From NCBI GenBank assembly GCA_040767195.1, contig JAXGPA010000001.1:896001-960000 (forward strand): a DNA stretch of 64,000 nucleotides. The letters run 5' to 3'. The number at the start of each line of letters is the position of its first letter. Position 1 is the stretch's first letter. This DNA comes from Syntrophales bacterium. Lineage in GTDB: Bacteria > Desulfobacterota > Syntrophia > Syntrophales > UBA6807. Position numbers and translations under genes: made by a program. Positions 19,190-27,300 of the stretch are shown in pieces. The notes beneath the pieces were generated by a model that made no database searches, was not told the DNA's origin, and saw only the letters and a program-made list of their open reading frames with translations.

Positions 19190-20416
19190 TCAAAAGGATG
19201 AAGCCGAAGCCGTCCTGTCTGCGGCGCCGTTTGTCACCCGTCTCAACTGCCGCAGAGCCTGGCGGATCCGCTGCTCATTTTCCACGAGGGCGATCCGCAG
19301 ATAGCCTTCTCCCTCGGGACCGAAACCGATACCCGGCGACAGGACGACTTCGGCCTCTTCAATGAGACGCATGGAAAAATCCAGGGAGCCCATTTCCCGG
19401 AAGGGCTCGGGAATCCTCGCCCAGACGAACATGCTCGCCTTCGGTTTCTCCACCGGCCATCCCAGGGCGTTAAGCCCGTCACAGAGGACATCCCGTCTTT
19501 TTTCATAAACTTTCACCTGCTCTTCAATGAAGTCTTCGCAGTCCCTGAGAGCGACGATGGCGGCGATCTGGATGGCCTGGAAAAGCCCGTAATCATAATA
19601 TCCCTTTATCTTGCCAAGGGCTTCCACGATCTTTCCGTTGCCGACGCAGTACCCGACCCGCCATCCTGCCATGTTGTAGGATTTTGACAGGGTCCCGAAC
19701 TCCACGGCCACGTCCCGCGCCCCCGGGACCTGCAGAAGGCTCGGGGCGTCATAACCGTCAAAGGTCACCCGGCCGTAGGCAAAGTCGTGGACGATGACAA
19801 AGCGGTGCTTTTTCGCCAGCCGGACCGCTTCTTCAAAGAAGGGGAGGGAAACGGTCTTCGTCGTTGGATTGTGGGGATAATTGAGAAAGAGCGCCTTCGG
19901 AGCGGGACGGGCTTCACGGCAGAGGGTGTCCACCGTCCGCAGGAGGGTCTCGTCATCGTCGACGGGAACGGGAAGCACCGAGGCGCCGGCGATCACGGCG
20001 GAATAAATGTGAATGGGAAAGGCGGGCACGGGAACGATCACCGCATCCCCGGGACCGAGAAGTGCCAGAGACAGGTGGGAAACCCCTTCCTTGGACCCGA
20101 TGGTGCAGATGACCTCCTTCTCCGGAACGAGGGACACGCCATACTGCCTGTCGTAATACCGGGAAATCTCCCGGCGCAGGTTGTGGATTCCCGGAGCAAC
20201 GGAGTATCGGTGGTTCCGGGCGTCACGGACGACGGCGCAGAGTTTCTCCACCACCGGCCCGGGGGTCGGGTCGTTGGGGTTGCCCATGGCCAGGTCGATC
20301 ACGTCGATGCCCTGCCTTCGCTTTTCCTGCTTGATGCTGTTGAGCCGCCCGAAAAGATAGGGCGGCAGAAGATCCATGCGGTCCGCCAGCTTGATAAAAT
20401 CCTCTTTGCCTTCCAT
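19190..20416 (-). CDS. alaC: PLP-dependent aminotransferase, AlaC (glutamate-pyruvate aminotransferase) type
   Basis: LPPYLF, MGNP, TIGSKEG, PIHIY, GARDVAVEF.TLSKSYNMAGWR, KASM.VWA.IPEP...MGSL.F, SPGIGFG; recalled as closely resembling E. coli AlaC/YfdZ. Confidence 0.8.
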   Translation of the reverse strand: MEGKEDFIKLADRMDLLPPYLFGRLNSIKQEKRRQGIDVIDLAMGNPNDPTPGPVVEKLCAVVRDARNHRYSVAPGIHNLRREISRYYDRQYGVSLVPEKEVICTIGSKEGVSHLSLALLGPGDAVIVPVPAFPIHIYSAVIAGASVLPVPVDDDETLLRTVDTLCREARPAPKALFLNYPHNPTTKTVSLPFFEEAVRLAKKHRFVIVHDFAYGRVTFDGYDAPSLLQVPGARDVAVEFGTLSKSYNMAGWRVGYCVGNGKIVEALGKIKGYYDYGLFQAIQIAAIVALRDCEDFIEEQVKVYEKRRDVLCDGLNALGWPVEKPKASMFVWARIPEPFREMGSLDFSMRLIEEAEVVLSPGIGFGPEGEGYLRIALVENEQRIRQALRQLRRVTNGAADRTASASSF

Positions 20417-20453
20417 CGTTTTACATCCTCCATCAGAAAATAATCAGGCCAAT

Positions 20454-20486
20454 AAAAAAGCCATGAACGGCAAGGTCCACGGCCTT
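20454..20486 (-). terminator. Second intrinsic terminator-like hairpin in the alaC leader
   Basis: GGCCGUGGAC-cuugcc-GUUCAUGGCU followed by a U-run. Confidence 0.6.
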
Positions 20487-20491
20487 CGAAT

Positions 20492-20537
20492 AAAAAAAAG
20501 GCCATGGACGGTTCGATGATCGAATTGCCCATGGCCT
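20492..20537 (-). terminator. Attenuator terminator in the alaC leader
   Basis: AGGCCAUGG...(UUCGA-uca-UCGAA)...CCAUGGCC followed by U8. Confidence 0.8.
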
Positions 20538-20559
20538 GTGATGCTTTTATGTAAGGGAC

Positions 20560-20649
20560 TTACGGAAAAGCGCCACCCGCCATGGGCCCTGGAGCCCTGG
20601 CGGCCATAGCTGCGGCCATCCGGCTGGTCTTTTCCTCAAACACTCTCAA
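20560..20649 (-). CDS. Ala-rich leader peptide (29 aa) MRVFEEKTSRMAAAMAARAPGPMAGGAFP
   Basis: TTG start 7 nt after GAGG (alternative GTG at 20643); TAA at 20560-62; 8 Ala codons; overlaps the antiterminator stem. Confidence 0.75.
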   Translation of the reverse strand: MRVFEEKTSRMAAAMAARAPGPMAGGAFP

Positions 20650-20678
20650 TTTACATCCTCTGAATATTTTACCGCTTC

Positions 20679-20706
20679 AGAATACACGAGGCACCTTGTT
20701 TGTCAA
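20679..20706 (-). promoter_or_regulatory. Sigma70 promoter for the leader-alaC transcript
   Basis: Minus strand TTGACA-16-TATTCT, ~30 nt upstream of the leader start. Confidence 0.65.
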
Positions 20707-20948
20707 TCTTTTTTTCTTCCTCTGCTTCCCAGCTTCACGGTTGCCCCGGTCCCGTCTCCGCGCGGGACCTGTTAAGCGGTTCGCGAGACCCGTCCTCGAC
20801 CGGCTGAAAAGGCCGGCAAGCACGATGGCTGGAACGCATTGCGCTCTCTCCATGCCGATCGGGGCGTTGCGGTCATAAGGGCCTGTCCGTAACCGGACTT
20901 CACCGGGTTGAGTCGGGAAGGAAGCCGTACGGGTGGACGCCTTTTGCC

Positions 20949-21242
20949 TCACACTTTTTCAAGAACCGATTTGACCTTTTCCTCGATCCTACCCATTCCG
21001 CCTTTCCGGTAATCGGCGGTCAGGATCATGTACACGCGGTCACAGTCCTGCTCCAGCTCAGCGAAGCAGCGACGGACAAGGTCCATGACCTCTTCCGTGT
21101 CCCCCTCTATGACCGTGCTCATGGGGCCCACCTTGTGGGGCAGGGCGCTTTCCCGGATCAGCCGGACCACCCGGGCCACGTAGGGACTGACGCTTTCCCC
21201 TTTATCCATGGGGAAAATGGTGAGATTGACAAGGGTGCTCAT
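20949..21242 (-). CDS. MTH1187/YkoF-like thiamine-binding family protein
   Basis: IFPMDKGESVSPYVA, GPMSTVIEG, DYRKG...IEEKVKSV. Confidence 0.85.
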   Translation of the reverse strand: MSTLVNLTIFPMDKGESVSPYVARVVRLIRESALPHKVGPMSTVIEGDTEEVMDLVRRCFAELEQDCDRVYMILTADYRKGGMGRIEEKVKSVLEKV

Positions 21243-21439
21243 ATTCCCTCCCTACGGCTTTTTTATAAAAGAAACACAAACAATTCAAAGGGATGAATCA
21301 ATACGTCGGGATACTGCCCGTTACCGGAAAATCATGAAGCGTTGAAATGACGTCCGTTTTTATGGGATTGCCCCCATCCCTTTTTTCTGATACGTGAAAA
21401 AATACAAAATATCAAGGCGGGTTTCCGGACAGGACGGTC

Positions 21440-21916
21440 ATGCAGGTCAAGTACCCGGACAGGCAGCTTTCCCTCTTCAGAACCCGGATGATGGATGCCC
21501 TGAATCCGGACCACGAACTCGTCCGGGCCGCCCGGCGGATCGACTGGAAAGGTCTTCATGAATTTCTGCTGCCCTGCTACAGTTTGTCGGGCCGGATGGG
21601 CAAACCCATCCGGCTCATGGCGGGACTCTATTTTCTCAAACGCCGATATGACTGCTCCGACGCCGCCGCCCTGGAGGAGCTGCATGAGAATATATACTGG
21701 CAGCATTTCTGCGGATTCTCCTCTTTTCAGAAAGGCCCCCTCCTGGACGCCAAGGCCCTGGTCCGCTTTCGAAAAAGGCTTGGAACGGAACGGATGGCCC
21801 GTCTTGACGGGCTTTTCGAAAACACCTGGAAGGACCTCCCGGTGCCGAAAGGCACGGGGTTTCCACGGTTCCGGGCCCGCCCTTCCTTTCGCCGGAACAG
21901 GCGGCCTTCATCGTAA
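21440..21916 (+). pseudogene. IS5/IS1182-type transposase N-terminal fragment (DUF772), no DDE domain
   Basis: HELV...IDW, GR...PIRLMAGL..LK....SD, EN.YWQ.FCG, LVRFRKRLG; ends after 158 aa; no terminal inverted repeats seen. Confidence 0.75.
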
Positions 21917-21961
21917 AGAGTCTTATCAGGTTCCTGCGTTTCTTTCTTATGACCGGCTCCG

Positions 21962-23281
21962 GTGTCTCCCGTGAAAAGCACGAAGCGGAATTTGCGATAC
22001 GATCTGGCCGACCGGCCGCCTTTTTTCGATTCCCTGTCCCTGGGCTTTCAGTGGTTTTTCGTTCTCATCCCGGGGGTCATCATCATCGGGAATATCGTCG
22101 GCAGAATCGAATTCGCCGATTTCGCAAACCAGACCCTCTATCTTCAGAAGACCGCCTTCGTGTGTGCCATCGTCCTTCTCGTCCAGATTTACCGGGGACA
22201 CCGGCTGCCCATCATCGCCGGGCCCTCGACGATCCTTCTCGTGGGCATTCTTTCAAGCCAGGGTGCCGCCTTCGCCGACATCTACAGCGCCATCATCCTG
22301 GGGGGAGGCATCCTCTCCCTGGCCGGTGTCACCGGCTTGTTCGGACAGGTGCGGCGTTTTTTCACGTCCCGGATCATCGCTGTTGTCCTTCTTCTCATCG
22401 CTTTCACACTCTGCCCCACCATTCTCAACCTTTTCACCCACGGCGAGGGGACGGCGTCGCCCTTTGAGGGGATTCTTTTCGCCACGGGCCTCACCTTCGC
22501 CATGATTCTCCTGTACCGCCTGGCCGGAGACGCCTGGCGGTCCCACATCATCCTGGCAGGGACCCTGGCGGGGAGTCTTCTCTATTTCCTCTTTTTTCCG
22601 GCCGCCCTGACATCCGGCAACGGAGGGCAGCCCCTGTTCGCCCCCCTTTTCGAAAACCTCCATCTCGGCCTGTCCGTGGAACCGGGGCTTCTCCTGGCGT
22701 TTCTCATCTGTTTTTTCGCCCTGGCCATCAACGACCTGGGCTCCATCGAGTCCCTGAACGTTCTTCTCGCCCTGCCGGAGGGTTCCCGAAGGATCACCCG
22801 GGGCATCACCCTGACCGGCCTTGGAAACATCCTGGCGGGCTTTTTCGGCGTCATCGGGCCGGTCAATTATTCCATGAGTCCCGGCCTCATCCTGTCCACG
22901 GGAAGCGCCGCCCGCTTTCCTGTCGTCCTTTCCGGTCTGTTCCTTCTTATACTTGCCTTTTCCCCCGCCGTGATCGGGCTGGCCGGCCGGATTCCCTCGC
23001 CCGTCATCGGGGCTGTCATGCTCTACATCACCGGCTCCCAGATCGTGGCGGGGCTGCTCATCGTCTTTGAGTCCACGGCGACGCTGGACTTTCAGGAAGG
23101 ACTCATCATCGGGCTGCCCGTCCTCCTGGGGACCATGGTGGCCTTCGCGCCGCCGGAAGTGATCCAGGCGATTCCCTCATCGCTCCGTTCCATGCTGGGA
23201 AACGGTTTTGTCATCGGGGTGGGGTCCTCCCTTCTCCTGGAACATGTTATCCTGAAAAAAAGAAAGGGGGCGTCGTCATGA
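21962..23281 (+). CDS. NCS2-family purine/pyrimidine permease
   Basis: GHRLPIIAGP, many TM helices, ITRGITLTG..N..AG..G, IPSPVIG. Confidence 0.8.
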   Translation: MSPVKSTKRNLRYDLADRPPFFDSLSLGFQWFFVLIPGVIIIGNIVGRIEFADFANQTLYLQKTAFVCAIVLLVQIYRGHRLPIIAGPSTILLVGILSSQGAAFADIYSAIILGGGILSLAGVTGLFGQVRRFFTSRIIAVVLLLIAFTLCPTILNLFTHGEGTASPFEGILFATGLTFAMILLYRLAGDAWRSHIILAGTLAGSLLYFLFFPAALTSGNGGQPLFAPLFENLHLGLSVEPGLLLAFLICFFALAINDLGSIESLNVLLALPEGSRRITRGITLTGLGNILAGFFGVIGPVNYSMSPGLILSTGSAARFPVVLSGLFLLILAFSPAVIGLAGRIPSPVIGAVMLYITGSQIVAGLLIVFESTATLDFQEGLIIGLPVLLGTMVAFAPPEVIQAIPSSLRSMLGNGFVIGVGSSLLLEHVILKKRKGASS

Positions 23282-24306
23282 AAGCCATGGTACTGACCCG
23301 CATGGTCGACCTGGAAAAAGAGCCGGCGCCCCTTTCGCCGGCAGAAGTCCCCGTCCCGGAGCCGGGGCTGGGCGAGATTCTCCTCAAGGTGTCCCGGTGC
23401 GGCGTGTGCCACACCGAACTGGATGAAATCGAGGGCCGGACGCCGCCGCCCAGACTGCCCGTCATCCCCGGTCACCAGGTGGTCGGCCGTGTCGTCAAGA
23501 AGGGAAAGGACGCCCGCCGTTACCAGGAAGGGGACCGGCTCGGCGTAGGATGGATTTACGACGCCTGCGGACAGTGTTCCTTCTGCCGCGAGGGGCGGGA
23601 AAACCTCTGCGCTGCCTTCCGGGCCACGGGACGGGACGTCGACGGCGGTTACGGGCAGTATATGACCGTGCCGGAAAACCACGCCCACCCCATCCCGGGG
23701 GTCTTTTCCGATTCCGAGGCGGCCCCCCTTCTGTGCGCCGGGGCCATCGGTTACCGGTCCCTGGCCCTGTCGGGCCTTCGGGACGGGCAGAACCTCGGGC
23801 TCACGGGATTCGGCGCCTCGGCCCACCTGGTCCTTCGCCTGGCCCGGGAAACCCATCCCCGGTCTTCTGTTTTCGTTTTCGCCCGAAGCGAAAAGGAAAG
23901 GGATTTCGCCCGGGAGCTCGGGGCCGCCTGGGCAGGGGACACGGCGGACACGGCACCGGAGAAGCTGCACGCCGTCATCGACACGACCCCGGCCTGGAAG
24001 CCCGTGGTGGAAGCCTTGAGAAATCTCGAACGGGGCGGGCGGCTCGTCATCAACGCCATCCGGAAGGATGACCGGGACCGGGAGGAACTTCTCCGGGTGG
24101 ACTACCCGGAACACCTGTGGATGGAAAAGGAAATCAAGAGTGTCGCCAATGTGACAGGAGAAGATATCGCCGCGTTCCTGGCGCTGGCGGCGGAAATCCC
24201 CATTCGGCCCACGGTGGAGGAGTTCGACCTGGAGCGGGCCAACGAAGCCCTGGGGGAGTTGAAGAACCGGAAAATCCGGGGCGCCAAGGTTCTCAAGATT
24301 CCCTGA
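23278..24306 (+). CDS. Zinc-dependent alcohol dehydrogenase family protein
   Basis: CGVCHTELD, GHQVVG, CxxCxxC structural Zn site, APLLCAGAIGYR, GFGASAH. Confidence 0.9.
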   Translation: MKAMVLTRMVDLEKEPAPLSPAEVPVPEPGLGEILLKVSRCGVCHTELDEIEGRTPPPRLPVIPGHQVVGRVVKKGKDARRYQEGDRLGVGWIYDACGQCSFCREGRENLCAAFRATGRDVDGGYGQYMTVPENHAHPIPGVFSDSEAAPLLCAGAIGYRSLALSGLRDGQNLGLTGFGASAHLVLRLARETHPRSSVFVFARSEKERDFARELGAAWAGDTADTAPEKLHAVIDTTPAWKPVVEALRNLERGGRLVINAIRKDDRDREELLRVDYPEHLWMEKEIKSVANVTGEDIAAFLALAAEIPIRPTVEEFDLERANEALGELKNRKIRGAKVLKIP

Positions 24307-24482
24307 AAGATCAGTTTTTTACAAGTCTTTAAAGAATCTTTTTTGCGTTTTTATGTATGACTTTGTCAAAGAGGGCCGCAAGGCGGGCGTGTGAATCGAG
24401 AGGAATGAACCGCGTGGACCGCCGCCTCGCGGTGCAGGAAAGGGGAGGAAGCGCCGCACATGGAGGGTGTTTCCCGAAGCCG

Positions 24483-26090
24483 TCAGCGTTTCCCGATGTG
24501 GAGAATGCCCTTGGTGATATTGCACAGGTGATCGTTCAGCCGGCCGATGTAGGTGAGGATATCGGAGAAGACGAGCCCCGATTCGTTCATGCAGACCCCC
24601 TCCTCGAGGCGCTTGAAGTGGTTCATCTTGTACTGCACGATGAGTTCGTCGATTTCCTTCTCGATCATGAGGGTGATGCTCGCTGACTTGTGGTCATCGC
24701 TTCGAAGGGCTTTTTGCGTGAAATTCATGAGGGTCTGGGTCTTGTCGAATATCCGGGCGAGTTCCGCCTGCGCCGTGGCGGAAAAACTGAGATTTTCCTC
24801 ATAAAGACGCTGGGACAGCCTGGAGATGTCCTGGCAGTAATCCCCAACCCGCTCCAAATCGTTCACGCTGTGGATCAGGGCGGGAACGATGCGCCGTTTC
24901 TGGTCCGGCAGCTCCCCTTTCGTGATCTCCACCAGATAGGCCGTAATGTCCCGCTGCATCTCATCCACCGACTGCTCGTCGATGGAGATCTCGTTTTTCA
25001 GCTTGTGATTGTACTGGGCGATGCACTGCCTGGCCTTTTCGAGCATTTCCTGGTCGATGGCGAGCATGACCGAGAGCTGGCGGATGACCGCCTTGATGGC
25101 CAGTTCCGGCGTTGCCAGCAGGTTTTTGTCCAGATACTTCGTTTCTTTCTTTTCGTAATCCTCCCCGGGAACGATTTTCGCCAGGGCCTTCAGGAAAAGA
25201 GGTACGAAAGGCAGGAAGATCATCGTGTTGATGAGGTTGAAAGCGGTGTGAAAGTTGGCGATCTGCCGGGAAAGGTCCCCCGAAAGGTCCGGCAGATAGT
25301 GAAGGTATAAAGGGACCATGGGCAGGGCCACCGCCGTTCCCAGGACGTTGAACATGGCGTGGCCGAAGGCCAGCCGGCGGCTGGCGAGCTTGCCGCCGGT
25401 GCTGGCGATGAGCGCCGTGATGCAGGTCCCTATGTTGTCCCCCAAAACCAGGAACATGGAGGCCTTCAGGTCCAGGAGACCCGCCGAGGCAAGGGCGATG
25501 ACCATCCCGATGGTCGTGCTGCTGCTTTGAAGAAGCATGGTCACGAAAATGCCCGTGACGATACCCAGGATGGGGTATGTTCCGAACCGCAAGAAGAGGT
25601 CAAGAAGCTCTTCGTTTCCTGCCAGGGGCTTCACCGCCGCCGTCATGATGTTGAGACCGAGAAAGAGCATGCCGAACCCGAGAAGGGCCCGACCCTTGTT
25701 CTGGTGTTTCGATTTCCGGGCGAAAAAGAAAACGAAGGAGCCGACGAAGACAAAAAAGAGCGCCGACTTGGTCAGCTTGAAGGCAATGAGCTGGGCGGTG
25801 ATGGTCGTTCCGATGTTGGCCCCGAAGACAACGGGCAGGGCTGCCGCCAGGGTGATCAGGCCCGCGTTGATGAAACCGATGAGAAGGACGGACGTGGCGC
25901 TGGAACTCTGGACGATGGAAGTGAACCCGGCGCCGACGAGCATGGACATGACGCGGTTCGTGGTGATCTTGTCGATGAGGTTCTTGAGAAGCCCCAGGGA
26001 GAGTTTCTGAAGGGAATCGCTGAGGAGGTAGATTCCGTAAATGAAAAGGCCGAGTCCACCTAGGATGTTGAAAATGATGTTTAAATCCAT
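24483..26090 (-). CDS. Na+/phosphate cotransporter (NptA/YjbB type) with C-terminal PhoU domains
   Basis: QSSSATS and QSSSTT repeats, GANIGTT, GDNIGTC, DLERVGDY. Confidence 0.9.
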   Translation of the reverse strand: MDLNIIFNILGGLGLFIYGIYLLSDSLQKLSLGLLKNLIDKITTNRVMSMLVGAGFTSIVQSSSATSVLLIGFINAGLITLAAALPVVFGANIGTTITAQLIAFKLTKSALFFVFVGSFVFFFARKSKHQNKGRALLGFGMLFLGLNIMTAAVKPLAGNEELLDLFLRFGTYPILGIVTGIFVTMLLQSSSTTIGMVIALASAGLLDLKASMFLVLGDNIGTCITALIASTGGKLASRRLAFGHAMFNVLGTAVALPMVPLYLHYLPDLSGDLSRQIANFHTAFNLINTMIFLPFVPLFLKALAKIVPGEDYEKKETKYLDKNLLATPELAIKAVIRQLSVMLAIDQEMLEKARQCIAQYNHKLKNEISIDEQSVDEMQRDITAYLVEITKGELPDQKRRIVPALIHSVNDLERVGDYCQDISRLSQRLYEENLSFSATAQAELARIFDKTQTLMNFTQKALRSDDHKSASITLMIEKEIDELIVQYKMNHFKRLEEGVCMNESGLVFSDILTYIGRLNDHLCNITKGILHIGKR

Positions 26091-26558
26091 GAAAACAACC
26101 TGTGTGGTCTACCTTTGCGTCCGTTGCGGTTTATGGTAACAGGCACGCGGTGTTTTTCACGGGCAAATTACAATGATTGCCGCTTTTGTCAAGTATTTTC
26201 CTTATTACACATAGAATTCAATCAGTTAAATTCAAAACGTCCTCTCCCGGGAACCGAGGGGACATGGCGCTTCATTTTTCAGAATGTAACGGCATGAACA
26301 AGAATTTGGCCGGACGGACCCTGTCAGAACACCTGTTGAATGGATGCCCGTGAAAGTCCGAGACATTCAGTTCGCCTCACGCATTCAAACCGGGGATGGA
26401 AGCGGTCTTGTCATTCCCGGGCGGCGAAGGTCCGGCTGATTGCACTATAAAAAATGGCAGAACTCTCATTTTGAGTGTGGTACATTTTTTATTGTTAAGG
26501 TAATTTAAGTCAATGCATCGCAACTTTTAATCAATAAGAAGCAGAAGAAAGTCAAATC

Positions 26559-27158
26559 ATGATAGAGAAATTAAGGATACATGCAACACAGGCATTCACT
26601 GTTTTATTATTTTTAATCCTTTTGTTTACAAGCAGTGCCTGGGAAGAGAAAAGCCCTGTTGTCACAATAATTTTATTCTTTCTGGGGGCTGTTCTTGTCG
26701 GCATTGCTTCCATGGGACGTTTATGGTGCTCCATTTATATTGCAGGGTATAAAACGGACAGATTAATCAAAGAAGGCCCCTATTCCATATGTAGAAATCC
26801 TTTATACTTTTTCAGTTTTATAGGCGCTTTGGGGGTCGGTATGGCTACCGAGTCATTCCTGATCCCTTTTCTTATCATGATAACATTTACAATCTATTAC
26901 CCCATGGTCATTAAAAGCGAAGAATCTGAAATGCTAAAAAAACACGGCAAGGAGTATGAAGCCTATCTCGGCCTGGTCCCATCTTTTTTCCCCCATATAT
27001 CGAAGCTGAAAGAACCTGACAGCTACATTACAAAACCGATAATCTTTAGAAAACATATATTCAGCGCTCTGTGGTTTGTGTGGCTGCTTGGTATCCTGGA
27101 GCTCATCGAAGGATTTCACGAATTACATGTTCTGCCCGTAATATTCCGTATTTATTAG
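26559..27158 (+). CDS. Isoprenylcysteine carboxylmethyltransferase/PEMT-family membrane protein (AT-rich)
   Basis: GPYSICRNPLY, EE..M...G.EY..Y...VP.F.P; visibly much more AT-rich than the flanks. Confidence 0.82.
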   Translation: MIEKLRIHATQAFTVLLFLILLFTSSAWEEKSPVVTIILFFLGAVLVGIASMGRLWCSIYIAGYKTDRLIKEGPYSICRNPLYFFSFIGALGVGMATESFLIPFLIMITFTIYYPMVIKSEESEMLKKHGKEYEAYLGLVPSFFPHISKLKEPDSYITKPIIFRKHIFSALWFVWLLGILELIEGFHELHVLPVIFRIY

Positions 27159-27300
27159 CAATATCCAGGTTTGCCTGCCCTATCTCCATGTCGGGCTTGT
27201 TTAGCGAAAGGAAGTCCATGTTTTATATAGATGATTTTCATCCATGTTTTGCAACTTCCGCCTTTTTACGCTAACGTAGTGAAAAACTTTCAGGATTGAC

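Noticed and set aside
20905..20930. GAGTCGGGAAGGAAGCCG resembles SRP RNA helix 8 (CAGGUCCGGAAGGAAGCAG)
   Set aside because: The stem closing the GGAA loop has a G-G mismatch, and the CAGG/AGCAG internal loop and long flanking helix are absent
20582..20952. ORFs 20582-20878 (+) and 20677-20952 (-)
   Set aside because: No motifs or convincing RBS; they overlap the attenuator leader and its promoter, which explain the sequence better
21317..21328. CCCGTTACCGG shared with the dfx-operon promoter at ~14748
   Set aside because: One 11-mer match between intergenic regions is plausible by chance, and the palindrome is less perfect here
26290..26445. Short open frames and a TTGAATG/CATTCAA pairing upstream of the AT-rich gene
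   Set aside because: Too short and featureless to support a gene or RNA call
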